This document shows positions 27,371 through 41,826 of a stretch of 64,000 nucleotides of DNA, in pieces. Where the stretch lies: the NCBI GenBank assembly GCA_951406725.2, contig OX597815.1:36456001-36520000 (forward strand), in the 5' to 3' direction. Made by a program: the position numbers and the translations under genes. Below the pieces are notes generated by a model. It did no database searches and had not been told where the DNA came from. It saw nothing but the letters and a program-made list of their open reading frames with translations. Source of the stretch: Octopus vulgaris. Its lineage: Eukaryota. How positions within the stretch are numbered: the stretch's first letter is position 1; every line of letters starts with the position of its first letter.

Positions 27371-28472
27371 TGTTTCAACACAAGTTCACATCAAGAATCT
27401 TGCAAATCCAAAAAAAAAAAAAAATTATTACAATTATTAACTTACAATCCTGTCCATAACTAGTAAAAATTAATCAATGCTACTTACTTTATCAACCACA
27501 GAAGGCTAAAATATGAGATGAACACCAAAGCTAAATATATGAACCAATAGGGAGCCTCTATACAGTTGCATTACCTGCTTAGAAATAGCAATAAAATCTT
27601 CCTCAAAACCATGCTATTCTTTCAAAAAAGGAAGGACACACTGTATAATGTACTGTATTTGATAGCATAAAAGACATACAGGCATATTAGAGCACCCTAA
27701 TTTCAATAGCACATATTCAGCAAAAACAAATTTTTAGTGCATTAATGACTATGAGAGGCCAAGCTTCACATATAGCACTAGGGGCAATTTTTTTAGACAC
27801 TTTTTTGGAAAAAAAATTGCATCTTATGTCATAAAACATGGTAATCCCTGATACACAACAAGAAAGAAGAGTTATGGCCAGAATGCTTTTGAGCGAAGTT
27901 TACTCATTTAGCGCTGACCTGGTGCAAAACAACAACTAAATACTACAGCACTACTATTTCTGTCAATACCTCAGATTACAATTATAGTCATTATAAATAG
28001 CAAACTATTGTAGGTAAAACAAACATCTTTGCCAAAAGCTCAATCAGTAACAGATTTGCACCAAAGTTTACAGTAAGCACAACAAACTGACACAATGACT
28101 CTGGGAGCTATGTCAGTAAAGCACAAATAGGGACTTCCATGCTGGACTAGTCAAAGGTCAGACTTATGTGGGCTACCTCTTTCCAGAGGTAAAAATGGGT
28201 TTATAGAGGACCAATATCCCTACCTAGAAAAGAGTAAGTTGCAGGATCATCAATAATCCAAAACCAATAAGACCTGGCAGAGGAGGTAGAAAAGACAGCC
28301 CAGAGTTGAGAATAGCAGAGAAAGGTTGTTGATGGTCTATGCCCGAAAGGGAATGAAAGGTTTCAATAAATTTGAAGTACAAAAAACTGAACAGATACAG
28401 AAGGACTTGTATTAACAAAGCCCAAGTCTGAAGGATTCTAGAATATGCCTGTTGAGTTACATAGTATTTCAT

Positions 28473-28810
28473 TATCATCATCGTTTAACGTCTGTTTTCC
28501 GTGCTAGCATGGGTTGGACGGTTCGACCAGGGTCTGGGAAACCAGGAGGCTGCACCAGGCTCCAGTCTGATCTGGCAGTGTTTCTACAGCTGGATGCCCT
28601 TCCTAATGCCAACCACTCCGTGAGTGTAGTGGGTGCTTTTTACTAGGTGACAGGGGAGCCTGGCAGCGGCCACGATCGGTTGGTGCTTTTTACGTGCCAC
28701 CGGCACAGAAGCCAGTCAAGGCAGCGCTGGCATCAGCCACGTTTGGATGGTGCTTTTTACGTGCCACCAGCACAGAAGCCAGGCAAGGTGGCGCTAGCAT
28801 CGGCCATTCT
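28473..28810 (-). mobile_element. SINE-like family D
   Basis: catcatcgtttaacgtctgttttccgtgctagcatgggttggacgg... with internal repeats. Confidence 0.8.
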
Positions 28811-30164
28811 CAACTAAAATTCAATTTTCAAAGAAATCCTTCCGAATCATCGCAGTTAATGGAGCTGAGTTAAAATAAAAACATCATATTCAGAAGCAAC
28901 AGTCAATTTATAATTAATGGTGGTGGTCGGGGGTAGGGTGACCATACCATTCTTTTAGAGCTCTACATTATCTAATATGTTGTGCACATTTGTTAGGTAA
29001 GGTGTGATTCAAGAGAGATCTTGCTGTTATTTCTAGTACACAGGTATATAGGGTTAGGGTTAGCACCTGCCCGTGTTAAGCTCAAATTTTCCAATGTATT
29101 TAGCTAAAAGGATAATACTGTAGTTAAAATATATTGAATTTTTTTTACATTTATTATTTCAGTTGTTTCGTTTTGATCCAGGACAGTTTTAACAAAATAG
29201 ACCTATGATTAAAATGCTCCATATGTGATCATCCCATCCATTTTGGTCAAGCATTATGAACCTAAATTTACATTTCACTAATGCAGCAGTAGATATTTTA
29301 GAATGGTAGTGTGATTTAAGGAATATTTCACTGCTATTTCTAGCAGGCTGAGAGAGCATATAGAAGTTACTTTGTTGGCTTAACACTAATTTTGCATTTC
29401 TTATTGTTGTTGGTGGTGGGAGTGTAGCTTGTAGGGCTTTTCTTACTACAAAGAAGGCAAACAATTTATTCAGTGTATATCTATATTTTAGCAAATAATG
29501 TAAGAAGTGATATAAGTGATTTTTTTTTTTATTTCTTTTTCTGAAAGTAACTATGAGTCATAGTTACTTCATAGCCTCTTCTTGATACATGGATCTGTGA
29601 CAGCGATAGAGAATCTTAAGAATCTGTCTCCCCACCACACATACACACACACACACATGTGCATGCATACAAACACAAAGTTTTCGTATGCATACAAAGC
29701 TCACATGAGATAAAGAGCTAGAAAGACTTAAAAAACAGCTGTAGGTATATATGAAAGTAATTTAAAGAGTACTTCTTTGAGGTGGTAAAAGTGCTGTGGA
29801 GCAATTCACTAAAAAATCATAAGTATTATAAACATAATATATCATGTGTGAAAGACTGTCTCATATATTTGATACTACTTGGTCTTGATTATGTTACTTT
29901 GTCTATAAATGTTCCTCTTATATTGAATAGTTTTTGTCCAGTTCAACTAGTTGCATTAGTTCCAATTTCACTGGATACTCATTGATAAACCAGCTTTGTA
30001 CCCTGTTCTCTTTCACTATAGTAATATTCAGCACAAACCTTCATCCTTCGAGATCTCATTAAGGACTGCACTTTTATTGCAATATATTCACACACACACA
30101 CATAAGCATTTTTATAGCAGACACCCATAAAATTATTAACCATCTTACTAACAATAACTCTGAG

Positions 30165-30522
30165 CACCTTTTCAAACTCCACCTGTCTAACACCCATGGA
30201 CATATTTACAAAGTCAGAAAACAGCACAGCTCTCATGACTTTCAGAAACATTTTTTTACGCTAAGAGTTGCTGAAGTATGGAACAAACTGCCGGCACCAG
30301 TTGTTAGTTGTCGGAGCACTGCATCCTTCAAAACTTCCATGCTTCCTAAGATTCACCAACACTACACTTGATTTTCTCCCCTCCATACACACGCAAGCAT
30401 GTATCTGACTCGTACACTGTTCACTTTCCAGGCATTTGTACATTACTGCATATGCTTTATACGCACTTTTGACAAGTTGTGGTGCACCTGAGCACTGTAT
30501 ACAATAATTTCATTATTATTAT
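30165..30522 (+). mobile_element. CR1/L2-group LINE 3' end
   Basis: Translates to ..NTHGHIYKVRKQH..FQKHFFTLRVAEVWNKLPAPVV...SFK, then a 3' UTR and (ATT)n tail. Confidence 0.8.
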
Positions 30523-30828
30523 ATAGTGTTTGTATTAAATGCATTAATCTTACAAATTATCTTCATACATGCCCATTCATCAGCACGTCACAATTCTTTT
30601 ACCTTTTATTTTTTACTTGTTACAGCTGTTGGACTGCAGCCATCCTTGAATGATTTTAGTCAAACAGGTCTACCTTGGTACTTATTTTAAATTTCAAGTT
30701 TGGTATTCAATTTATTGATCTCGTTTACTGAACTAAGTAACAGGGCTATAAACAAACCAACACTGGATGTTAAGTAGTGGGAGGGGACAAACACAGACAC
30801 CAAATACACACACATAGATACATTGATT

Positions 30829-31010
30829 GCTAGCTCCTACATGCATTTTTTTTCTCTCCTTGTTTCTTTTCTGTGTATCTTTCTTTCGAAGAGCGTAAGC
30901 TCGAAACGTAAAAGACTTGTTTTATTTCTATTCCTGAGTGCCATACTAATACAATTGTTTATTCGTACTCCACCTGCCTTCGTCTTTTGTTTATTTTCGT
31001 AAACCTTCCC

Positions 31011-31012
<2 letters not shown>
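30829..31012 (+). mobile_element. Short Penelope-type element (family H) with a minimal hammerhead-like motif at ~30878-30915
   Basis: TCTTT CTTTCGA A GAGC GTAA GCTC GAAAC GTA AAAGA, ending in (TA)n. Homologous to 32935, 43360 and 55780. Confidence 0.65.
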
Positions 31013-31048
<36 letters not shown>

Positions 31049-31256
31049 CACACACACACACACACACATTACATATAGATATTTATTTATTTATTAATCG
31101 AAGTGTACAGTATTACATATCATTACATATATTATGCAGTTTATTGCATTTTGTTATGTGCATGATACCCTACCTAGCTCATGGAAAAATTGTCTTGCAT
31201 CAAACCAGTCCATGGTTCAAAAAAATGTTGGGGACCACTTGTCTAAATAGCCATGT

Positions 31257-31302
<46 letters not shown>

Positions 31303-31316
31303 CAGTAGCAGCAGCA
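31257..31316. repeat. (TAG)n/(CAG)n microsatellite
   Basis: Read directly from the sequence. Confidence 0.9.
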
Positions 31317-32195
31317 TCTTAGATGTAAGAATAGCATCCCATTGCAAGCTTCACAGAAGCTTTGTAGGGAATTAGTAATTCTCCACAAAACTTTGAGAGC
31401 TAAAATACTTTGGGGGGCTGAAAGGGAAAAACCAATCTTTGCGACTGGTCTTATTGTGGGGAAGCAAACTAAGAATTACAAGACAATAAATTTAGATACC
31501 ATCAACTATTCAACCTGGCGTAACATCTATCTATATTGCTCTCTCTCTCAGATGATATAATATGGTGAATAATAAAATGGTACAAAATAACATTAATTAT
31601 TTAATTTTAAAAAGCATTAAACAAATAAACAACCACAAGTTTTTATACTAAAAAAGCAACAACAACAAAAAATACAAACAAACAAGTAATTGGTTTACTC
31701 CATTTCACTTTCAAAATATATTTTCAGAAATTATTCCAACAAGAGGAAATATCATATACAATATGTCAAATGCTTTCTGAAATAAATGAATGTCATCAAT
31801 CTTAACATCCGGGAACATATAAATTTCATTCTAAGCTGAAGTTTAATAGATTTAACTATTTTCTTTACATCCCACTAACCAGAGGAAACAGGATGATGGC
31901 TCAGGATCCTGGGTGGATGGCAGTACAAAAGATGAGCTGAGCTGGGTAGCAATCTGTACTTGCTATAGTTTTACTTGGATTTGGCTTATTGCTGCTTAGC
32001 CCCCAGGTCAGCTCTAGTTTATAAGAGCCTATGGTCAAAAGACATTCCAACCATGACCATACCAGCTTTTGCTCTTTTTGTTTTTAGATATTTCTTTTTT
32101 TTTTTACTTGTTTCAGTCATTGGACTGCAGCCATGCTGAGGCAACAGCTTTGAAGGGTTTATTTGAACAAATAAACACAGTACTTAGATTATTTT

Positions 32196-32470
32196 GATTA
32201 TATGGGAAACTACCACCTGTGTCATCTCTTGTGAAAGGTAGGAGAGTCCAGTTTGCTGAACATTGTTGTAGAGCTGAAAACGAGACAATTTCTACTCTTC
32301 TCCTCTGGAAGCCATCTACTTGCAACACCAGAGGGCGCACACTCTCCTACCCTGATGTAATCTCCAGGGATACAAGCATCCAGCAACAGGACCTCCGTAA
32401 TGCTATGATGGACCGTGAAGTCTGGCGTAGCATGGTAAATTCCATTGTCTCAACCACGGTCGAACAATGA
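32196..32470 (+). mobile_element. 5'-truncated RTE-type LINE 3' end inserted into a minus-strand SINE A (32100-32780)
   Basis: RRVQFAEHC.R...RGRT....D.I..D....L..AM.DR..WR. 11-bp TSD tagattatttt at 32185-32195 and 32471-32481. Confidence 0.85.
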
Positions 32471-32934
32471 TAGATTATTTTAAAGTCTGCTATTTATTCC
32501 ATAGGTCTCTTCTGCTGAACCATTAGGTTACAGAGACACAAACAAATCAACACCAGTCATCAAGTGTGGGAGGAAAACAAATACAAAAGCAAACACACAA
32601 GAGAGAGAGGGGGGGGGGAGAGCCAGCTTCCACAAAGTTTTCATCTACAAAATTCACTTACAAGGTATTGGCCAGCTTAGGGCTATTATACAAGAAACTT
32701 GCCTAAGTGACCAAGGTTCCACACAGTAGGACTGAACCCAAAACCATGCCGTTGCAAAGTGAGCTTCCTAACCACATGTATATGTGTGGTTATATGTATT
32801 TAAGATCGTATTATCCCAATGGCCTTCTTTTTATGATGGTAGGGTGAAGATTTTGCAGCTATTTCCATCTATTGTAATCAATAAAATAATGAAAATACAC
32901 TGTAATACATCATATAGACAAATAAAATATATAT

Positions 32935-33122
32935 AGGGAGAGTTTATGAAAAAAACAAAAGACGAAGACAGGTGGTGTACAAAACAAACAGATGTATTAG
33001 TATAAAGCTCAGGAATAGAAAAAGTCTTTTACGTTTCGAGCCTACGCTCTTCTACAGAAAGGGACACAGAAAAAACAAAGAGAGAAACAAGGAGAGAAAA
33101 AAAAATGTGTGTAGTGGCTAAT
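32935..33122 (-). mobile_element. Family H short element with a minimal hammerhead-like motif at ~33027-33061
   Basis: Minus strand: TTT CTGTAGA A GAGC GTAG GCTC GAAAC GTA AAA. The 3' end abuts a TA run. Confidence 0.7.
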
Positions 33123-34269
33123 ACATTTTAATAAATTACAATAGATTAAACCTGTAATAATTTATACAATATATTGAATTTTGTTACAAAAATAATTTAA
33201 ATTGGAGTTAGGTTACAAATTATAATTCTTCAATAAAATTAATTATAATGAAGAGTCAAAACAGATCCTGTCTGCTATACTGAGAAAGAAACAAGGAAAA
33301 ACAAAAGAATCCAAAGAAACTAGTTATGGTCTGCATTGAGAATTAAAAAAAAAAAACCCAAAATTTATAAACTAAGATAAATGTAAGTGCCAGGAGGATA
33401 AGTGATCCTAGTATTTCAGGAAGGGCACTTTGAAGAAATGGCTCTCTCATTTCAGCCCTCTCCATGTTATCCCCCCCCTCTCTTTCTCTCCTTTTATTTT
33501 TTTCTAAGATTTTACTATTTCACTCTTCAGCTTCTCTCCCATCCCTGTAATCTTTAGTCATTTATTATCCCACTACATATTCACTTTCATCCTGTGAGAA
33601 AAAAAAAAAATGTGTTCCCTCAATCTTCAGAACTCACCTCTTCATACAACATACAAATTTATCTTAGAAATTTTATTATAGTAAGTAGGTTTGAATTTCT
33701 AATTTGCTACCATAATTCACTTCACTAACTGCTGACTGGGGTCCCTGAAGCAACAAAAATGACAAACAGAAGATTAGTGGACCAAATCTTCCTTTTTTCA
33801 TATCACTTTATTCAGACATGTGATGGTTCTATAAAAAAAAATAATAAAAAGTTCTCAACAGATTAAAGACTGAAGTCACGAGATAGAGGCCATTACAGAA
33901 ACACAACACATCTAAACATATCTAATGTGAGAATCTTCTCAAAATATATTTTTCTATTTTTTTTATATTTTATCTTTTTAATATTAGGTTTTATTTTTTA
34001 TATTCTTCACTGAAATCTCTGAAGAGTCATTAAACCTTAACCTCCAACTAATTTGCTGCATTTTCATTACAAGTGCTGCTCAGATGTAAGTCATTTGCTT
34101 CTCTCCTGAGAAAATATTTACGTAGATAGGGGATAGTACCTAAGGTACTCAGGGGATGTAAAAAGGAATAATTAACATTAAAATTCTAAAATCTACAAAT
34201 GTTAGTAATGTTTAAAACAGACTGACTTACAGCATACATTTCCAATTAAATATATACTCTATGACCATT

Positions 34270-35320
34270 GCAAATATTTTCATTTAAACAGATGCTACAA
34301 CTATATCACACATCTCCCATTCAATCAGGACGCAACTATAACACATATCCCCTATTAAAACAAGACACAACCACAACACAAATCTCCCATGAAAACATAT
34401 GCCCCAAGCACAATATCTATCTTTCATTAAAACAGATGATACAACTGTATGACACATCTCCCATTAAAATATGGCAAAATTACAAAGCATATATGCCCCA
34501 AGCACAATATCTATCTTTCATTAAAACAGATCATACAACTGTATGACACATCTCCCATTAAAATATGGCAAAATTACAATGCATACATGCCCCAAGCACA
34601 ATATCTATCTTTCATTAAAACAGATGATACAACTGTATGACACATCTCCCATTAAAATATGGCAAAACTACAATGCATATCTACTATTAAAACATGACAT
34701 AAATACTACAAATCTCCCATGAATACAGATGACATAAGCACAGCATATATCTATCATTAAAACCTGACATATCACCCATTAAAACAGGATATAATCACAA
34801 CACATAACTCCCATCAGAATAGATGACATGGCCAGTATGCATACCCTCACTAAACCAGTGCATTACATCCCCTACCCTAAAGTCCAAACTCTCCTCAAAG
34901 CGGTAGGGTGGTGTAAACGGGCAGTATCAGAGCTATGCCGTCGGGAACTTCGGTTCCTGGTAGGGCCACCCAAGGCGGATTGATCTGGCACCGAGCGATA
35001 TTAGGGCCGCAGCTCGGCCAACGGGGCTCTGGTGAAAATTCCAAGAGGCGTCTGATCGGCAACCGGCGGCTTCGAGGTCATTCTGTCCCTGCGTCTGTGG
35101 AGACTCCGCGACAAACAGGGCATCCCGTCACTCGGGATATGCATGCGGGATGTTGGGGACTGCTTGTGAATTCAATATTCCCACGAAACTTCTCTATGAG
35201 AGAAGAAGCCGGCTCAACCCGCCCTGGGTGAATGCCGTCACAAGTAAGTAAGTATTACATCCCCTGTTAAAACATGAATAATGATGTAATCACAGAATAT
35301 CCCCATTAAAACAGCTTACA
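34270..35320. repeat. Minisatellite with ~31-bp monomers and three near-identical 94-bp higher-order units (34397-34680), interrupted by an insertion
   Basis: gccccaagcacaatatc starts at 34401, 34495 and 34589. cccattaaaac-like monomers occur on both sides of the insertion. Confidence 0.85.
34874..35253 (+). mobile_element. Short non-autonomous RTE-derived retroelement with an HDV-ribozyme-like 5' end
   Basis: 12-bp TSD attacatcccct. GAGCTATGCCG..AGGGCCACCCAAGGCGG resembles RTE/BovB 5' UTRs. (AAGT)n tail. Confidence 0.75.
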
Positions 35321-35904
35321 CAAACTGTGCTAGAGCCAAATATGATGATTATGGGCAGATTGCAGTAAGACAATAAGCATGATGGTTAGTGCCAAATTGA
35401 AATATACTTTCATAATGGCTATGAACAAGCTGGAAGATCAAAATGAAGACCATGATTATGACCAAATTAGTGTTACATTCAATTCTGAGAAATATTTGAT
35501 TGGAAATGATGATAGGTCAGCTCTCATTGAACAGATGTATGATCAACAATGAATGTTTGCTTTTTGCCTATTTAAAAAGAGTGTATCTATGATATTATAT
35601 ACATGTCCTTACCTTTATACTAAAGGAGGATTCGGCTCCTATTCTGAGCAGGTTATCACATAGAAAATTTCTCATTTGCTTGGAAATAAATACATAGGAT
35701 TACATGATCTGTGCTGATTGTTTAAGTCTTTAAGGGTGGTAATTACTAAAGTTAAATTACAGCTGTCTGAGGTGTTGGAGCAAGAGGTGAGTGGCCAGTC
35801 TAAAAGTGATAATCTATCACATGTACCACAATTTAAACTTCATAAAGACAACTCTCACCTAACCAAACTTTCTAGCTGTGAATATTGTACCATTAAAAAG
35901 GAGA

Positions 35905-36110
35905 GTTCATACATATACATACATACATACATACTTACACATATACATACATACATACATATATACATACATATATACATACATTTACATACACATACAT
36001 ACATATATATACATACATACATATATATATACATACATACATACACATACATACATACATACACACACATACATACATACATACATACATATACATACAT
36101 TATATACATG
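35905..36110. repeat. (TACA)/(TA)/(CA) compound microsatellite
   Basis: Read directly from the sequence. Confidence 0.9.
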
Positions 36111-36496
36111 CAAACAAACTTATTTCTTTCCCTGTTTGAATATGCATTCATTTACACACCCACTTTTACATAGAGAGCAAAGTTGGAGATACCTCAAAGT
36201 GATTTGGCAATTGCTAAAAATCTGGGTGCAGCTAGTTGCACTTCTCTTGAGAAATGCTACAAAATGTAGCATATAATTAAGGTAAATACAGGAAAATCAA
36301 CATTCCTATGTGTATGTGTGTGTGACGTTTTTGTTTATTTCTTTATTTGTTTGTAATATTGCAATATAATTTGCTCTTAAAGACAAGCTGGCTGGCAGAA
36401 AGATCCAACTAAATGTCTTTAATATTCCTTTCCTGTTAACAAGCCCTAGTTTATATATATATAACATAAGGAAGCAATGTAATTATTTTGGTTTCT

Positions 36497-37138
36497 TGTC
36501 CGTTGCCAGCCCCGCCTGGCCCCCGTGCCATTGGCACGTAAAAGCACCATCCGCTCGTGTCCGTTGCCAGCCTCGCCTGGCCCCCGTGCCAGTAGCACGT
36601 AAAAGCACCATCCGTTCGTGTCCGTTGCCAGCCTCATCTGGCCCCTGTGCCGTTGGCACGTAAAAGCACCATCCGCTCGTGTCCGTTGCCAGCCTCGCCT
36701 GGCCCCCGTGCTGGTAGCACGTCAAAGCACCATCCGTTCGTGTCCGTTGCCAGCCTCGCCTGGCCCCCGTGCCGTTGGCACGTAAAAGCACCATCCGCTC
36801 GTGTCCGTTGCCAGCCTCGCCTGGCCCCCGTGCTGGTAGCACGTAAAAGCACCATCCGTTCGAGTCCGTTGCCAGCCTCGCCTGGCCCCCGTACCGGTGG
36901 CACGAAAAAACACCATCCGTTCGTGGCCGTTTGCCAGCTCTGTCTGGCATCTGTGCAGGTGGCACGTAAAAAGCACCCACTACACTCACGGAGTGGTTGG
37001 CGTTAGGAAGGGCATCCAGCCGTAGAAACACTGCCAAATCTGACTGGGCCTGATGAAGCCTTCCGACTTCACAGATCCCAGTTAAACCGTCCAACCCATG
37101 CTAGCATGGAAAACGGACACTAAATGATGATGATGATG
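36497..37138 (+). mobile_element. SINE-like family D with an expanded internal 61-bp tandem array (~7-8 units)
   Basis: ccgttgccagcctcgcctggcccccgtgc...cacgtaaaagcaccatccg repeats, then the family core and (GAT)n tail. Confidence 0.85.
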
Positions 37139-37317
37139 TACTGATATAAATTTGCTAAAAATGGTTTATCCTTTATGTTGGAAATCTATATGGTCATCTA
37201 CTTCTGAGAAGAGTGGCTTCTTTCAAATTGAAGTTATGTTTTCATTGACCAATTAAATGGAACCGCTTGAAACGGCCATGATGCATTGATACCTGGACAT
37301 CCTTGTTACTTACTTGC

Positions 37318-37364
<47 letters not shown>

Positions 37365-37395
37365 CTATACAATATGTTACATTACTCGGTAGTCA

Positions 37396-37458
37396 AGATA
37401 AAACTCTGAGTTTCAGATGCCGAAGTGGAAATCCACAACACCATCTCTTCGGTTATCT
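37396..37458 (-). ncRNA. Type I hammerhead-like ribozyme motif in the PLE 3' terminal region (U4C core variant)
   Basis: AGATAA CCGAAGA GATG..CATC T GAAAC TCAGA GTT TTATCT: perfect 6-bp stem I, extended stem II and near-palindromic stem III. Confidence 0.65.
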
Positions 37459-37642
37459 GGCTATTTGAAAACGTTATGAAAAAATACCGTTAAAAATGAA
37501 GGGAAATTACTCTGTTATAACTCTGCTTTGCCTGCGTACTTATACATCGCTCGCATTTTTCGTCATAAAAATTATATAAAAATACATAAAAATATATAAA
37601 AATATATAAAATCTTCTTGGGACATAACACAGAAAGCATGTT

Positions 37643-39661
37643 CTATCCGTTTTCTTTAGGGGACCAAAAACGTAACAGAAATTTAGTCACATGTGGGCAT
37701 GATCCGAAAAGCTCTGTCCTTGTATTTAGACATGTGGTAGGGTCTAAGCTGCTTTTCCAGATAAGCCATCTCTCCATGTCGCATAAACCGCACCTTCCGC
37801 TGCCGTTAGTATAGGACTTACATCTGGCCAAAATCTTCCATTGTATGTTATAATCGACACCTTTATCTCTTAAAGACCAAATATGATTGGATAATTGTGT
37901 CGCTTTTCTTTTGTTCCAGTGCCTAAAGCTCAAAGTGTGGTTATTGGACCTGGCCTTGAAATTACCCTCTGTCAGGCCCACGTATTTCTTCGTCGAAACG
38001 GTGTCTTTAGTGGTTATAGAGTTTACGGTAGCTTCATATATGATGGTCTTGGACATGCAAGCTCCATTTAGCGGGCACAATTCTTTATTCCTGCATGAAC
38101 AGCTGTTTTCTTCTTGTGTTTTTTGTATGTTATGATTGATTATGTTTTTAAAATTGGTAGTTGAACTAAAACTAATTTTTAAATTGTGTCTATTGAAGAG
38201 TTTCCTATAAGCATGGTTAACTGGAAAATGTCTATCTATCAGTGCTAGGAAATATTTACCTATATTGAAGGCCACCTCGGGTGAGTAAGGGGCGTAAACC
38301 AGATGACCTTCCTATTTCTATTATTCCTTTTCCTTATTGTTGGGCTGGTGATAGGTGTATATTTTATTTTTCGCTAAAACCACTATCTTTTAAAGCTTTA
38401 TTATAAACTGGGGCAACGCTATTGAAGATGTCCTCATTAGATGAGAGGCTAGAAATCCTCTTACTAATGTTTTTAACTAAATTTTTGAATACTATAGGGG
38501 GATGGCATGAACCTACATTAATATAACTTAGTCTATCATTGGGCTTCCTATAAGGCTTATAAATATTATTATTAAGATCTAAGGAAACGTCTAAGAAATT
38601 GACAACCGTCAGGTTAGTGTCTATAGTTATACTAAGTCCAAAGTGTTTCATTAACTGGATAATATCCTTCCTAAAACGATCTTGTGCTGGTCCATTTGTA
38701 TTAGCTGTTAAGGCGAGGGCATCATCTTTGTAGATGGCGAAATGTACGTTAGGGAATGTCTTACTGAAGGTATCTAGGAGAAAGAGTCGAATTAGATCAC
38801 AGATGCCTGCCCCATCATATGAACCCATGCTCACATCGAAAGCGCCCTCCGTGTCGGTGTTTTTTACCCACTTTGCATTCTCACTGAAAAGTAATGTCTT
38901 TCTAGCATGGAAGATTATATCCTTATCATTGGTACTAATTTCTATGAAGTCACTAGCGAAGATTAGGGCTTTATCTAGCAGTTCTTTAGAGATAGAGGCA
39001 TAAAAATCAACAATATCGAATTGTGTAAACCTCGCTTTTTTCTTATTCTTAATAGCTTTCAACCAGTCTACGACTTCTATACTATTGGACCATTGCACTA
39101 GCCTAGTATCGGTCTTAATTTTCGTATTTATTTTATCTAAAATTTCTTTGCTAATAATCCCTAGTTCTGACTTGGCCGGGTTGATAAGCCTACATTTAGG
39201 ATTGGAAAGGAAGTTTTCTTTGTGGTCTTTAATAGTAATAAAGGCCTCTTTTTGGGGGAGGGTTTCTATTTTTTTATCTAATTTAAGTTTAGCGGCGATG
39301 AGGCTAGCTTCTTTATTAATTTCGTTATATGTCTGTGCCCTAGCCTTAGTATAATTATTAATGATGCTGTTGTGTAAGAGTTGTGTGTATTTGCTGTTAT
39401 CTACCAGGTATAAGTTCTTGGTTTTATCCGAAAAAGTGCTTTTTTCTTGGAGCTTTTTATATGATCAATATCTTTTTTCAATTTATGTTGGAAATTGTTA
39501 AAAGACTTACGAAACTTTATTTTGCTCATGATCTTCAGCAGGTCCGCTTCGAAATCTTCCAAGCCTTTAATCCTAGGAGGGAATTTTTTGGATTTTATCC
39601 GATAGCAAATGTTTTCCTTGGTGTTCGCTTCTGTGTCAAAAAAGAAAGCCTTCCATCTCAT
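37643..39661 (-). pseudogene. PLE polyprotein (N-terminal RWKA/DKT region, RT, thumb, Cys-flanked GIY-YIG endonuclease) broken by three 1-bp frameshifts
   Basis: MRWKAFFF, SDKTKNLY, KDHK, CRLINPAKSELG, FDIVDFY, MGSYDGA, YKDD, NFLDV, YRKPND, WFTP(P)Y, CSC..CPL..C, IIY..YVG.T, F.H, CGLC..E, LN.R.E...CPH. Confidence 0.92.
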
Positions 39662-40111
39662 AATAGCGTTGCCCCAGTTTATAATAAAGCTTTAAAAGAT
39701 AGTGGTTTTAGCGAAAAAATAAAATATACACCTATCACCAGCCCAACAATAAGGAAAAGGAATAATAGAAATAGGAAGGTCATCTGGTTTACTCACCCGA
39801 GGTGGCCTTCAATATAGGTAAATATTTCCTAGCACTGATAGATAGACATTTTCCAGTTAACCATGCTTATAGGAAACTCTTCAATAGACACAATTTAAAA
39901 ATTAGTTTTAGTTCAACTACCAATTTTAAAAACATAATCAATCATAACATACAAAAAACACAAGAAGAAAACAGCTGTTCATGCAGGAATAAAGAATTGT
40001 GCCCGCTAAATGGAGCTTGCATGTCCAAGACCATCATATATGAAGCTACCGTAAACTCTATAACCACTAAAGACACCGTTTCGACGAAGAAATACGTGGG
40101 CCTGACAGAGG
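39662..40111 (+). repeat. Inverted duplicate of the PLE thumb/endonuclease segment (matches 37966-38423 reversed)
   Basis: NSVAPVYNKALKDSGFSEK...KKYVGLTE is encoded on both strands. Confidence 0.95.
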
Positions 40112-40132
40112 TTCAATATGACGAAAAATTTC

Positions 40133-41482
<1,350 letters not shown>

Positions 41483-41543
<61 letters not shown>

Positions 41544-41544
41544 C

Positions 41545-41591
<47 letters not shown>

Positions 41592-41656
41592 TATACATAT
41601 ATATATACATATATATACATATATATATATATACATATACATATATATATATATAC

Positions 41657-41707
<51 letters not shown>

Positions 41708-41780
41708 CATATATATACATATATATATACATATATATACATATATATATATACATATATATATACATATATACATATAC

Positions 41781-41826
<46 letters not shown>

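Noticed and set aside
33590-33640. Mini-intron-like GTGAG...tttctcacAG on the minus strand
   Set aside because: It is only ~46 nt long, and I found no convincing reading frame across the flanks.
36500-36960. CRISPR-like array
   Set aside because: The units are contiguous with no unique spacers, lie inside a SINE, and the context is eukaryotic.
36446-37094. GC-rich ORFs here and at 4538-4961 and 51109-51487
   Set aside because: They are chance reading frames in SINE family D repeats.
37643-39661. Selenocysteine-encoding Naiad (reported for some invertebrate Naiads)
   Set aside because: The endonuclease Cys codons I checked are TGT/TGC, the ORF breaks are frameshifts rather than in-frame TGA, and I saw no convincing SECIS.
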